Source: Deltaproteobacteria bacterium
Lineage (GTDB): Bacteria; Desulfobacterota; Deferrimicrobia; Deferrimicrobiales; Deferrimicrobiaceae
Direction: 5' to 3'
Length of the DNA stretch: 64,000 nucleotides
NCBI GenBank assembly: GCA_021824125.1
Contig: JAKALO010000001.1
Span: forward strand, 9,722 to 73,721
This document shows positions 31,457 to 41,207 of this stretch, piece by piece. The position numbers and the translations under genes were made by a program. The notes under the pieces were generated by a model that worked only from the letters and a program-made list of their open reading frames with translations, did not search any database and was not told where the DNA came from. How positions within the stretch are numbered: the first letter of the stretch is position 1; each line of letters opens with the position of its first letter.

Positions 31457-33598
31457 CTACTCCTTGCGGGCCACGTAGACTTCCCGGGGCTTCCCGCCCT
31501 CGGACGGGCCGACGATCCCCTGGCGCTCCATTTCCTCGACGATCCGGGCGGCGCGGTTGAACCCGATCTGGAGGCGGCGCTGGAGGAGAGAGACGGACGC
31601 TCGGCCGGCCTGCACAACGACCTCCACCGCATCGTCGAACTTCGGGTCCCGGGAGGGGTCGGGTTCCTCTTCCTCCGCCGCCAGCGCGGTTATGGAAGGC
31701 TCGTAGACGGGAGCCCCCTGCCCCTTGAGGTGATCCACGACGCGCTGGATCTCCCCCTCACCCACGTAGGGGCCGTGGATGCGCAGTATCCCACCGACCC
31801 CCGGCTGCAGGAAGAGCATGTCGCCGAATCCCAGGAGCGTCTCCCCGCCGGACTGCTCCAGTATGGTCCGGGAGTCGTACTGGGACGCCACCTTGAAGGA
31901 GATCCGCGCCGGGAAGTTAGCCTTGATGATCCCTGTTATGACGTCCACCGAGGGCCGCTGGGTGGCGAAGATGAGGTGGATCCCGGCTGCGCGGGCCATC
32001 TGGGTCAGGCGGGTGATGGAATCCTCCACGTCCCGGCGCGAGGTCGTCGTCATCATGAGGTCGGCCAGCTCGTCGATAACGATGACGATCTGGGGGAGGC
32101 GCGCAAGCTCCTCCTCCTCACCGTTCCGCCCCTTCACCCGGAACGCCGACCGGGACCGCTTCTCCACCAGCTGGTTGTAGGCGTCGATGTGCCGGACCCC
32201 GTTCTCCACCATGCTCTTGTACCGCCCCGTCATCTCCCCCACCGCCCACTTGAGCACGTGCCCCGCGTCCTTCGGCTGCGTGACGACGCTGCGGTACAGG
32301 TGGGGGATCCCCTCGTAGGGGGTGAGCTCGAGCATCTTGGGATCGACGAGGATGAGGCGGACCTCCTCCGGCGTCGCGCGGAAGAGTATCGACAGGATCA
32401 TGGAGTGGAGCGCGATGCTCTTGCCCGAGCCCGTCGCCCCGGCGATCAGCAGGTGGGGCATCTTCGAGAGGTCGCGGACCACCGGCTCCCCGAAGATGTC
32501 CTTCCCGAGGGCGAGCGAAAGCGGGGACTCGGACTCCGCGTACGCCTTGCTGCCCAGGATCTCCCGGAGCACGATGGGGAAGCGCTCATCGTTGGGGATC
32601 TCGAATCCCATCACGCCCTTCCCGGGGATGTTGGGAACGACGCGGACCGACTCGCACCGCATGGCGAGGGCGAGGTCGTCCCCCATCGCGACCACGCGGT
32701 TAGCCTTGATTCCCGGCGCGGGCTTGAACTCGTAGGTGGTGACGAGGGGGCCGGTCCGGATCTCCGTGATCGCCCCGTCGATCCCGTACTGCGCCAGCTT
32801 CTCGATCAGCGCGCGCGCGTTCCGCTGCAGGGCCTCCTCGTCCGCTCCGTTCCCCGAGACCGGCGGCGGCTCCAGAAGGTCCAGGGAAGGGAGGACGAAT
32901 TCCTTGCCCGCGGCGCGGGGGGCCTGGGCCGACTCGGCCGCCGGCGCCGGTGCAACGATGCGCGGGGGCGCATCCTTCGGGGGTTCACGCGGGGTCTTAT
33001 CATCCCATTCGTCCTTCCTCGAGGAGAGCTTCTCCTTCACCATCGCCCGGACCTGCTCCGGGCTCTTCTTCTTCCGCCAGAGGGAGGGGAGGCCGCTGAG
33101 GGGAAGGCCGGTGAGCAGCATAAGCGAGAAAAGCAGCAGGGCGGTGAGGCAGAGGAGACCCCCCACGGGGTTCAGCAGCCACCCGATGAAGTTGACCCCG
33201 AGCAGGTATCCCACGATCCCCGGCAGGAAGATGTCCTGGTCGATAATCCGGATGTGGCCGGTGAAAAAGCTCAGGATCCCGAGCAGGGAGACCACGGCGA
33301 GCAGCCCCCCCGCCGCCCGGCCCCATCTCCCGGTGATTCCCTCGCCACGGAAGGTCCAGTAGGCAAGCGCAAGGCAGAGGAGCGGAAAGCCGATAGCCCC
33401 GATGCCGAAGAGCTGGAGGAGCAGGTCGGAGAGGATCGCTCCAACCCAGCCTCCCCAGTTGCGGACTTCCCCGCCGCCGGAATTCCAGGAGGAAAGGGAC
33501 GGGTCGACCTGGTGGAACGAGACCAGCGCGACAGTCAGGAAAACCCCGATCGTCAGGAAGAGGATGGCGAGGGCGTCCCGCCGGATCTTCTCGCTCAC
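31457..33598 (-). CDS. ftsK: DNA translocase FtsK
   Basis: 713 aa with N-terminal TM segments, a Pro-rich linker, a Walker A motif (GATGSGKS) in the ATPase domain and a C-terminal gamma domain. Confidence 0.9.
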   Translation of the reverse strand: MSEKIRRDALAILFLTIGVFLTVALVSFHQVDPSLSSWNSGGGEVRNWGGWVGAILSDLLLQLFGIGAIGFPLLCLALAYWTFRGEGITGRWGRAAGGLLAVVSLLGILSFFTGHIRIIDQDIFLPGIVGYLLGVNFIGWLLNPVGGLLCLTALLLFSLMLLTGLPLSGLPSLWRKKKSPEQVRAMVKEKLSSRKDEWDDKTPREPPKDAPPRIVAPAPAAESAQAPRAAGKEFVLPSLDLLEPPPVSGNGADEEALQRNARALIEKLAQYGIDGAITEIRTGPLVTTYEFKPAPGIKANRVVAMGDDLALAMRCESVRVVPNIPGKGVMGFEIPNDERFPIVLREILGSKAYAESESPLSLALGKDIFGEPVVRDLSKMPHLLIAGATGSGKSIALHSMILSILFRATPEEVRLILVDPKMLELTPYEGIPHLYRSVVTQPKDAGHVLKWAVGEMTGRYKSMVENGVRHIDAYNQLVEKRSRSAFRVKGRNGEEEELARLPQIVIVIDELADLMMTTTSRRDVEDSITRLTQMARAAGIHLIFATQRPSVDVITGIIKANFPARISFKVASQYDSRTILEQSGGETLLGFGDMLFLQPGVGGILRIHGPYVGEGEIQRVVDHLKGQGAPVYEPSITALAAEEEEPDPSRDPKFDDAVEVVVQAGRASVSLLQRRLQIGFNRAARIVEEMERQGIVGPSEGGKPREVYVARKE

Positions 33599-35251
33599 CT
33601 ATAACTCCAGGACCACGGGCAGGATGACCGGCTTCCGGTCGAGCCGCTTGTTGAAGTACCTGCGCAGCGCCCTGCGGATGTCGGTCTGGATCTCCGCCGG
33701 GTCCTTCCTGGTCTCGACGCCGCTCTCCTCCCACGCATTGAGGACGACCTCCCGGGCCTCCTCGACGCTCGCCTCGGAGCCGTTCTCCGTGACCACGCCC
33801 CGGGTCACTATGTCCGGTCCGTACACGATCTCGCCGGTGGCGGAGGACAGGGCCAGCACCACCATAACCACGCCGACCTTGGAGAGCTGGTAACGGTCCT
33901 TGAGGACGAAGCTCTCCACGTCCCCGACTCCCTTGCCGTCCACGAAGAAGCGGCCGACCTCGATCTTCCCGGCCCTGGACATCTCGCCGCCGCGAAACTC
34001 CAGGATGTCGCCGTTCAGAGCCATCTCGGCGTGCGGCACCCCCGCCTCCCTCGCCAGGTTCCTGTGCCGGACGAGAAACCTGGGCTCTCCGTGGACAGGG
34101 ATGAAGTATTTCGGCGCGACGGCGCCGATCATGATCTTCAGCTCCTCGCGGCTGGCGTGGCCGGAGACGTGGACCTCGGAGATCTTCTCGTGCAGCACCT
34201 CGGCCCCCGCCAGGAAGAGGTGGTTGATCACGCTGGCGATCGCCCGCTCGTTCCCCGGGATGAACTTTGAGGAGAGAACCGCCGTGTCCCCTTCCCGGAC
34301 CCTGATGTACTTGTGCTCCCGGAGCGCCATCAGCGTCAGGGCGGAGCGCGGCTCCCCCTGGCTCCCCGTCGTCAGCACGACCACGGTGGCGTCCGGCATC
34401 GTTTCCGCATCCTCGACGGGAAGCAGTATATCGGGCCGGGGAAGCTTCATGTATCCGAGTTCCAGCGCCGTGGCGACGTTCCTCACCATGCTCCTGCCGC
34501 AAAGGGCGACCCGTCGGCCGCGACGGGCGGCGGCGGAGAGGACCCCCTGTATCCGGTGTATGTTGGAGGAGAACATCGCGACGATAACGCGCCCCGGGGC
34601 TGCCTCGAAGATCTCGGAAAGGGCCTCGCCGACGAACGCCTCCGACAGGCTGTGCCCTTCCCGCTCGACGTTCGTGGAGTCCGAGAACAGCGCCGTGACC
34701 TTCTCACCGGGGGCGAGTCGCGCCAGCCTTTCGATGGCCGTGGGCACGCCGTCCGGCGGCCGGGGGTCGATCTTGAAATCACCGGTGTGCACGAACACGC
34801 CTTCCCCGCACCGGAAGATGTAGCCCACTCCGTCGGGTATGCTGTGGCAGACCGGGAAGGACTCGACGTCGAAACTCCCCACCCGGAACCTCCCGGACCT
34901 CTCGATCGGGACGAGCCTCGCCGACCCGTCAAGGCCGTGCTCCGCGAGGCGATGCCGGAGAAGGCCCAGGGTCAGTGGAGTCCCGTAGACCGGGACGTCG
35001 AATTCCTTTAGAAGGAAGGAAACCGCCCCGATGTGATCCTCGTGGCCGTGGGTCAGCAGAAGCCCGGAAAGGCGATTTGCCGTCTCCTTCAGGACGCCGA
35101 AGTCCGGGATGACATAGTCGACCCCCAGCATCGTGTCGTCGGGGAACATCAGGCCCGCGTCCACCATAATGGCCGATTCCCCATCGTCGAACAGCATGGA
35201 GTTCAACCCGATCTCGCCAAGCCCTCCCAGCGGAACCACCCGCAGCGGCAA
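33599..35251 (-). CDS. rnj: Ribonuclease J
   Basis: 550 aa. Metallo-beta-lactamase HGHEDH motif plus beta-CASP and C-terminal domains. TTG start with an AGGAG SD. Confidence 0.9.
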   Translation of the reverse strand: MPLRVVPLGGLGEIGLNSMLFDDGESAIMVDAGLMFPDDTMLGVDYVIPDFGVLKETANRLSGLLLTHGHEDHIGAVSFLLKEFDVPVYGTPLTLGLLRHRLAEHGLDGSARLVPIERSGRFRVGSFDVESFPVCHSIPDGVGYIFRCGEGVFVHTGDFKIDPRPPDGVPTAIERLARLAPGEKVTALFSDSTNVEREGHSLSEAFVGEALSEIFEAAPGRVIVAMFSSNIHRIQGVLSAAARRGRRVALCGRSMVRNVATALELGYMKLPRPDILLPVEDAETMPDATVVVLTTGSQGEPRSALTLMALREHKYIRVREGDTAVLSSKFIPGNERAIASVINHLFLAGAEVLHEKISEVHVSGHASREELKIMIGAVAPKYFIPVHGEPRFLVRHRNLAREAGVPHAEMALNGDILEFRGGEMSRAGKIEVGRFFVDGKGVGDVESFVLKDRYQLSKVGVVMVVLALSSATGEIVYGPDIVTRGVVTENGSEASVEEAREVVLNAWEESGVETRKDPAEIQTDIRRALRRYFNKRLDRKPVILPVVLEL

Positions 35252-35300
35252 ACGCGTCTCCTTTGAATGCCTTGAAAGATAAACGTTATCACAATCCCGC

Positions 35301-36032
35301 TTATCCGCGGGACGGCGTGCCGGCCTCCGCCTCCTCCAGCGCGGAAAGGACCCGACGCCGGGCCTCCCCGGCGATCTCCTGCCTGGACAGGGGCATGCCC
35401 GCCGTGAAAACCAGCGGCTCGAGCACCCGCACGACCATGTCCGCCGGCCGGAAGATCAGGGCCCCCTTGGGAAGGGCGCGTCGTCCCCCGTCGATGTAAA
35501 CCGGAAGAACCGGGACTCCCGCTTTCTGGGCGAGGTAGAACGCACCCGGCTTGAATTCGCCGATCGTTCCGTCTGCGCTGCGCGTCCCCTCGGGGAAGAT
35601 GACGACCACCTCCCCGTTCCGGATCCGCCGGACCGCCTCGCGCATCAGGTGAACCGAGTCGCGGGGATCTTCCCGGTCGACGAAAAGGTTGCCTGCATAG
35701 ACCATGGACTTCCCGAAGATGGGGATCTCCCCAAGCTCCCGCTTGGCCAGGAACTTGATCTCCTTCCGGTTCCGGAAGACCGAGATAAACAGGGGGATGT
35801 CCAGCAGGCTCTGGTGGTTCGAAACCAGGATCGCCCCGCCTTCCGGCAGGCGCTCCAGCCCTTCCACCCGAACCCGCCACCCGCCGATCCGGATGACCTG
35901 CCTGCCCCACCACGCCATGACCTTCGCCGGGGAGCCCGACGGGGAGCCGACTACCCCGCAAAGACACGCTGCCAGCGAGCCTGCAAAGGTGAGCAGGATT
36001 ATCGCGACGGACCTGATCGCGCCCGTGATCAC
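35301..36032 (-). CDS. plsC: 1-acyl-sn-glycerol-3-phosphate acyltransferase
   Basis: Acyltransferase motifs NHQSLLD and FPEGTR. GTG start at 36032 (or TTG at 36035) overlapping the radC stop, with GGGAGGAAG upstream. Confidence 0.75.
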   Translation of the reverse strand: MITGAIRSVAIILLTFAGSLAACLCGVVGSPSGSPAKVMAWWGRQVIRIGGWRVRVEGLERLPEGGAILVSNHQSLLDIPLFISVFRNRKEIKFLAKRELGEIPIFGKSMVYAGNLFVDREDPRDSVHLMREAVRRIRNGEVVVIFPEGTRSADGTIGEFKPGAFYLAQKAGVPVLPVYIDGGRRALPKGALIFRPADMVVRVLEPLVFTAGMPLSRQEIAGEARRRVLSALEEAEAGTPSRG

Positions 36033-36643
36033 CAACCCGCTTCCTCCCGGAAGCTGTAGAACGAATTGTCGCCTATTATGACATGATCGAGCACGGCGAT
36101 TCCGACGATTCCTCCCGCCGACCGCATCCTTTTCGTCGCCTCCCGGTCCTCGGGGCTGGGGGAGGGATCGCCGCTCGGGTGGTTGTGGACCAGGAGGATC
36201 GCGGCGGCGCGCTCCCGGACGGCGGGCGCGAACACTTCGCGGGGGTGGATGAGGCTCCCGTTCAGGATGCCCGTCGAGACGCGGACGTCGTGCGTACGCC
36301 TGTTCTTGACGTCCAGCAGTACCGCCAGGAAGACCTCGACCTGGTAGTCGGCCATGAGGTAGCGGTACCGCTCGAACACGTCGGCCGCCGACCGGAACGG
36401 CTCGGGGGGCGCGGAAGGAGCCGAGAGCGCCCGGCGGACGAGTTCCACCGTGGCTTCCCAGCGCGCGCGCGGCCCCGCGTCGGCCCCTTCCTCCCCGACA
36501 GCCGCCCCCCGCATTACCTCCCACTCCTCCCCGAAGGCGGCGCGAAACAGGTCCTCTTCCCCCACGGCCTCCAGCGGCCTTCCGTTCCGCCCCGGGTCCT
36601 TCCGCATCGCGCCCCCTTCCCTCCCCGAATGGATGAGGGGCAT
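36029..36643 (-). CDS. radC: RadC-family JAB/MPN domain protein
   Basis: 204 aa with the JAMM motif (HNHPSGDPSPSPED). Confidence 0.85.
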   Translation of the reverse strand: MPLIHSGREGGAMRKDPGRNGRPLEAVGEEDLFRAAFGEEWEVMRGAAVGEEGADAGPRARWEATVELVRRALSAPSAPPEPFRSAADVFERYRYLMADYQVEVFLAVLLDVKNRRTHDVRVSTGILNGSLIHPREVFAPAVRERAAAILLVHNHPSGDPSPSPEDREATKRMRSAGGIVGIAVLDHVIIGDNSFYSFREEAGW

Positions 36644-36694
36644 TCAAGTTCCATTCCAAAATATCCCGCCGGGAACCCGCCCCTTTCGGCGATA

Positions 36695-37651
36695 ATGATG
36701 GTTATGGATTTCGAAGAAGCCAGATCGGCGGTCCGCCTGTTTCGCGCGGGGGTGGAATCGGTTCTCCTTGGGAAACGCGATGCGGTCGACCTCGCGATCT
36801 CGTCCTTCCTCGCCGGCGGGCACATCCTGCTGGAGGACGTCCCGGGAACGGGGAAGACCACGCTGGCGCGGGCCATGGCCGCGGGAATCTCGGGGAAGTT
36901 CCGCCGCGTGCAGTTCACGAGCGACCTGCTTCCCCAGGATGTCCTGGGCGTTCACATCTTCGATCCCGAGAAACGCGGCTTCACCTTCTCGCCCGGCCCA
37001 CTGTTCGCGAACATCGTTCTCGCGGACGAGATAAACCGTAGCAATCCGAGGGCGCAGAGCGCCCTGCTCGAGGCGATGAGCGAGCGGCAGGTTACTATCG
37101 ACAACCGGACCTATCCCCTGCCCGACCCTTTCCTGGTCATAGCCACGCAGAACCCCTTCGACCAGCACGGGACCTATCCCCTCCCCGAGTCCCAGCTCGA
37201 CCGTTTCAATCTCCGCCTGCGGCTATCCTACCCGGACCGGGATTCGGAACTGCACCTGATCCGGGAAAGCAACCTCTTCACCAGCCGGGACGGGATCCCG
37301 GCCGTCCTCCACCCCGGGCAGGTGACCGAGTGCCGCGCCCTGCTCGACCGGGTCACGGTCCGCGAACCGGTCCTCTCCTACGTTTACCGGATCGTCGAGG
37401 CGACGCGGGTGCACCACGCGGTCCGCCTCGGGGCATCCCCCCGCGGGGCCATCGGGCTGAAGACCACCTCGCAGGCCTTCGCGTTCCTTTCGGGCCGGGA
37501 TCACGTCGTTCCCGGAGACGTAAAACGGGTGGCGCCCGCCGTCCTGTGCCACCGCATCTTCCTGAAAGGGTCCCCGGAGGCGGATACCGCCACCGACTCG
37601 GCCGCGGCGGTCCTGTCCGAGATCCTCGAGGCGATCCCCGCGCCGGCATGA
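36695..37651 (+). CDS. MoxR-family AAA+ ATPase
   Basis: Start at the ATG cluster 36695 (MMVMDFEEA...). Walker A GTGKTT. The long upstream frame from 36083 is rejected. Confidence 0.9.
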   Translation: MMVMDFEEARSAVRLFRAGVESVLLGKRDAVDLAISSFLAGGHILLEDVPGTGKTTLARAMAAGISGKFRRVQFTSDLLPQDVLGVHIFDPEKRGFTFSPGPLFANIVLADEINRSNPRAQSALLEAMSERQVTIDNRTYPLPDPFLVIATQNPFDQHGTYPLPESQLDRFNLRLRLSYPDRDSELHLIRESNLFTSRDGIPAVLHPGQVTECRALLDRVTVREPVLSYVYRIVEATRVHHAVRLGASPRGAIGLKTTSQAFAFLSGRDHVVPGDVKRVAPAVLCHRIFLKGSPEADTATDSAAAVLSEILEAIPAPA

Positions 37652-38610
37652 AGCCGTCTCTCTCCGGCCTCCGGCGGAGATTCAGACTTCCGCGCAGGCT
37701 CCGGGTCACGTTCGAGGGGAAGGGATTCATCCTCCTCACCCTCGGTGTGGGGGTCGCCGCGGTAAACACCGGCAACAACCTTCTCTACATCGCCCTCAGC
37801 ATGAACCTGAGCCTCATCGTCATCTCCGGGATTCTCTCCGAGTGGTGTATCCGCGGGGTCGCCGTCCTTGTGCGCCATGCCTCGGAGGCGTTCGTGTCCC
37901 GCGAGAGCCTGTTGGCCATCACCTGTACGGCAATGGGCAAACGCTTCCCCCCGACTGCGCTCTCCGTATCCCTGACACTGGATGGATCGCAACTAACGGC
38001 ACGGTTCCCGGAAATCCCAGCCGGCGGCGAATCCACCCGCATACTCTCCGTCCGACCCGCGCGCCGGGGAACGCTGTCCCACGGCTCCTGCTCCATCTCC
38101 ACGCTGTTTCCCTTCGCGCTCTTCGAAAAATCGATGGACGTCCTGCCTCGGGCTTCCCTCGTTGTCTACCCCGAACCGGCGGAAGCCGGCTCGCCGCCAC
38201 CGGGCGAGAGCACCCCCGAGCCCGCGGGGAACGACGGGATTCCGGGCAGGGAGGGATCCGGGATCCGTGGAGCGAGGGAGCACGCCGCCGCGGACCCTGT
38301 CCGGGACATCCACTGGAAGGCGTCCGCACGGATGGGGAGATGGATGGTCAAGGAGCGGGAACGGGAATCGGCCCCCGTGGCGGACCTGCGGCTTCCCGTC
38401 ACTTGTCCCCCGATCGAGTTCGAGCGGCTTGTTTCCCGGGCGTGCGCTTTCGTCCTCCGCTGCGAACGGGAGGGGCGGCCGTATCGTTTGTGGCTCGGCG
38501 ACAGCCTCCGCGTGGACGCGTCCAGGGGGGGGCTAAGGGCGCAGGCGCTGGCCTTCCTTGCGTTCGTCGGCGCGAACGGCGCCCCGCCGGGAGACGGAGC
38601 CGCATCATGA
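37648..38610 (+). CDS. DUF58 domain protein (MoxR-associated)
   Basis: ATGA overlap with the moxR stop. Two TM helices followed by a DUF58-like region. Confidence 0.75.
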   Translation: MKPSLSGLRRRFRLPRRLRVTFEGKGFILLTLGVGVAAVNTGNNLLYIALSMNLSLIVISGILSEWCIRGVAVLVRHASEAFVSRESLLAITCTAMGKRFPPTALSVSLTLDGSQLTARFPEIPAGGESTRILSVRPARRGTLSHGSCSISTLFPFALFEKSMDVLPRASLVVYPEPAEAGSPPPGESTPEPAGNDGIPGREGSGIRGAREHAAADPVRDIHWKASARMGRWMVKERERESAPVADLRLPVTCPPIEFERLVSRACAFVLRCEREGRPYRLWLGDSLRVDASRGGLRAQALAFLAFVGANGAPPGDGAAS

Positions 38611-40686
38611 GATGCGCCCCGGCCTCCTCCCGGTCCCGCACGGGTTTCCTATGGTGGGTCCTGCGCGCCCAGTGGGCGTGGGGGCTCCTGTCGCTGACCC
38701 TGCTGACGGAAGTGTCGCGGCCGGCGGCGCTTTCCGCGGCGGCGGCCTTCCTCGCGGGAACCGTCCTGGACCGTTCGGCCCGGAAAAGGGACGGGTGGCG
38801 CCGCATGGGCGCCCCGCTCGCCCTGCTCGCGTTCGGCGCGGCGGCGGCCGACCTCTTCCTCGGAAGCGGGGACCTGCTCTTTTCCGCTTCCGTCCTCGTC
38901 CTCGGGATTCAGTCGATCAAGTTCATACTGCCTAAAGATTCCCGCGACGGCTGGCAGCTGTCCGCCGTCTCCTTCCTCGAGTTCGTGGCTGCCTCGGCGG
39001 CGACGGCGGAAATACAGTTCGCGGCGTTCGCCTTCCCGTTCCTCGGCCTGTGCGCCGGCGCGATGTGGGCCCTTCAAATCGAGCGAAGGGGGGAGGAGGG
39101 CGACGAGACGGCTCGCCTCGCCCGGCCCCGCTTCGCGGCGAGACTTCTCCTTCTCTCCGCGGCGGCAGGAATCCTTATGACCGTGATTCTATTCGCGGTC
39201 ACCCCCCGGATCGGGATCGGGCAGATACTGCGACGGCTCGGGCGCGCGGAAGGACTCTCCGGCTTCTCCGACACGATCTCCCTGCGGGAGGTCACGGGGG
39301 TAAAGGCGGACCGTCGTGTCGTGGCGAGGGTGGAATTCCCGGAGCTTCCCCCGGGCGTCTCTCCCGCCGGTCTCTACCTGCGCGGCGCCACCTACTCCCT
39401 GTTCACGGGAACCGCATGGATCCGCCCCGAGAGGTACCGGTTCCGGGTCCCGAGGAGCGGGTTCCACTACTTCGTCGCCTCGCCGCCCGCCGGGACACGC
39501 CTGGCGACGGCGGAGATCTCGCTGGAGGCGATGGACAACCCCGCCCTTTTCGTCTACGGGGAACCCTGTCTCTTCGAGGGAAGCCTGGGGGAGGTCTGGA
39601 CTGAGGGACGAGGAAGTTTCTCCCTCGGGTTTCCGGGCCATCCCGCGCTGCGCTACCGGCTGCAGTTCTCGCCGGACGCAAGGCGCCGCGCCTTGCCGGG
39701 GCCGCCGGACGCCGTCGACTACTTGCGGCTGCCTCCCCGGGCACGACGACATCCGGGAGCTCGCCGTCAGGGTCACCGCGGGAGGGAAGACCGACGCCGA
39801 ACGCGCCGAACTCGCGTTGCGGCACTTCGGCGCCGGGTTCCGGTACACGGTCGTCGACCCCGCTTCATCCATCCGCGAATTCCTCTTCGACAGTAGGGCG
39901 GGTTTCTGCGAACACTATGCCTCCGCCCTGGCCCTGCTCCTTCGTGCGGCGGGGATCCCTTCGCGGGTCGCCGCCGGATACCTCGGGGGGGAATGGAGCG
40001 ATGTCGGGAAATACCTGATCGTCCGGCAGTCCGACGCGCACGCGTGGACCGAGGGCTGGATCGGGGGAAGGTGGGTCACGCTTGACGCGACCCCCTATCT
40101 CGGGGAGCGATCCCCCTTCTACTCGCGAACCGGAACGATCGGGATCTACATCGACTGGGCGCGACAGCGGTGGAACAAGTACGTGGTCAACTACTCACTG
40201 AAGATGCAGGCGGAAGGGGTGGCGGGCGGATGGGCGGCTATCGGCCGGGCAAGGGCCGAGATCGGGAACGCGTTCGCGGCGGGAAAGGACTTCCGCCTGC
40301 GGGCGGGCAGGCTCGCGGCGCTTCTGCTCGCGCTGGCGGCCTGCATGGTTCTACTCTTTAAATTCCTGGGCGGCGCCGGGCGCGAAGGGGAATCGGCGGC
40401 CGGCGGGAAAAGCGCGGTCCTTCCCCCGCGACCCTACGCCAGGCTGATTCGCCGCCTTGCGGCGGCCGGGTACCGCGGGTCGCCCGGGGCAACCGTGGAG
40501 GAGATGGTTACCGGAGCCGTGAAGGGACGTCCCGCGCTGGCCCGGGACGCACTCCGGTTCCTTGCCCTCTATCACCGGGAGCGCTTCGCCGCCCGTCCGC
40601 TCTTACCCGGCGAATTCAGGGAGTCCGCGCGGCTCGCGGACCGCATCGGCAGGGAAATCCGCCGGCCCGTGGCGGGGGCAAGGTAA
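38606..40686 (+). CDS. Transglutaminase-domain membrane protein (TgpA-like), apparently frameshifted near 39735
   Basis: ATGA overlap with the DUF58 stop. The N-terminal polytopic membrane region continues in frame A to about 39740. The TGc core (GFCEHYASALALLLRAAGIPSRVAAGY...DAHAWTE) is in frame B from about 39745 to 40686. The switch point is a CCCCGGG run. Confidence 0.65.
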
Positions 40687-41126
40687 TCCCCGCTTTTCCC
40701 GCCGGTCTTCCGAAGCAGCCGGATTCCCGTGATCTCGATCCCGCGGTCGACGGGCTTCACCATGTCGTATATGCTCAGCGCGGCGGCCGAAACGGCGGTG
40801 AGCGCCTCCATCTCGACCCCCGTGGGGGCGACCGTACGCACGCGGGATACCACCCGGATGCTCCCGGTTCCCGGAAGGGAGAAATCGACCGTCGCCTGGG
40901 ACAGGGGGATGGGGTGGCAGAGGGGAAGGATCCGCGGCGTCGCCTTGGCGGCCATGATTCCCGCGATGCGCGCCACGGCCAGGACGTCCCCCTTGGGGAT
41001 CTTCCCTTCGCGGACCATCCTCCAGGAGGAGGGAGAAAGGAGGACCCACCCTTCCGCCACCGCCTCGCGTTCCGTCGCCGGTTTTCCCGAAACGTCGGCC
41101 ATGACGGCCGTACCAGGGTTTTTCAC
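40572..41126 (-). CDS. moaC: Cyclic pyranopterin monophosphate synthase MoaC
   Basis: GTG start at 41126 with a GGGGAAAGGCGGA SD. A ~35-aa non-conserved C-terminal tail overlaps the tgpA 3' end by 115 bp. Confidence 0.8.
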   Translation of the reverse strand: MKNPGTAVMADVSGKPATEREAVAEGWVLLSPSSWRMVREGKIPKGDVLAVARIAGIMAAKATPRILPLCHPIPLSQATVDFSLPGTGSIRVVSRVRTVAPTGVEMEALTAVSAAALSIYDMVKPVDRGIEITGIRLLRKTGGKSGDYLAPATGRRISLPMRSASRADSLNSPGKSGRAAKRSR

Positions 41127-41207
41127 TTTATTTCCGCCTTTCCCCGATCTGAAAACGACCGTGGTATCCTACCCGAATAATTTTCGATCTCCACCCGAAG
41201 GAGCGAG

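Noticed and set aside
31127-33604. 825-aa plus-strand ORF antisense to ftsK, plus many similar long antisense ORFs (e.g. 7325..8593+, 10688..11677+, 19203..20570+, 33000..34502-, 41340..42677-, 45258..46364-, 51419..53146+)
   Set aside because: Their translations are low-complexity (R/G/P/A/H-rich) with no recognisable domains, and they lie opposite well-supported genes. These are stop-codon-poor antisense frames expected at this GC content.
35301-36659. 452-aa ORF extending plsC upstream through radC
   Set aside because: The N-terminal 200 aa are Gly/Arg-rich antisense-frame junk over radC. The PlsC TM helix and acyltransferase motifs start at the GTG/TTG near 36032.
36083-37651. 522-aa plus-strand ORF that would extend the MoxR gene 204 codons upstream
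   Set aside because: The upstream part overlaps radC on the opposite strand and is Arg/Pro/Gly-rich. The conserved MoxR N-terminus begins at the ATG cluster at 36695.
37330-39896. Long plus-strand frames (37330..38610, 37842..39896) suggesting much longer DUF58/TgpA proteins
   Set aside because: N-terminal extensions overlap the preceding genes in other frames. ATGA-coupled starts at 37648 and 38606 give standard-length proteins.
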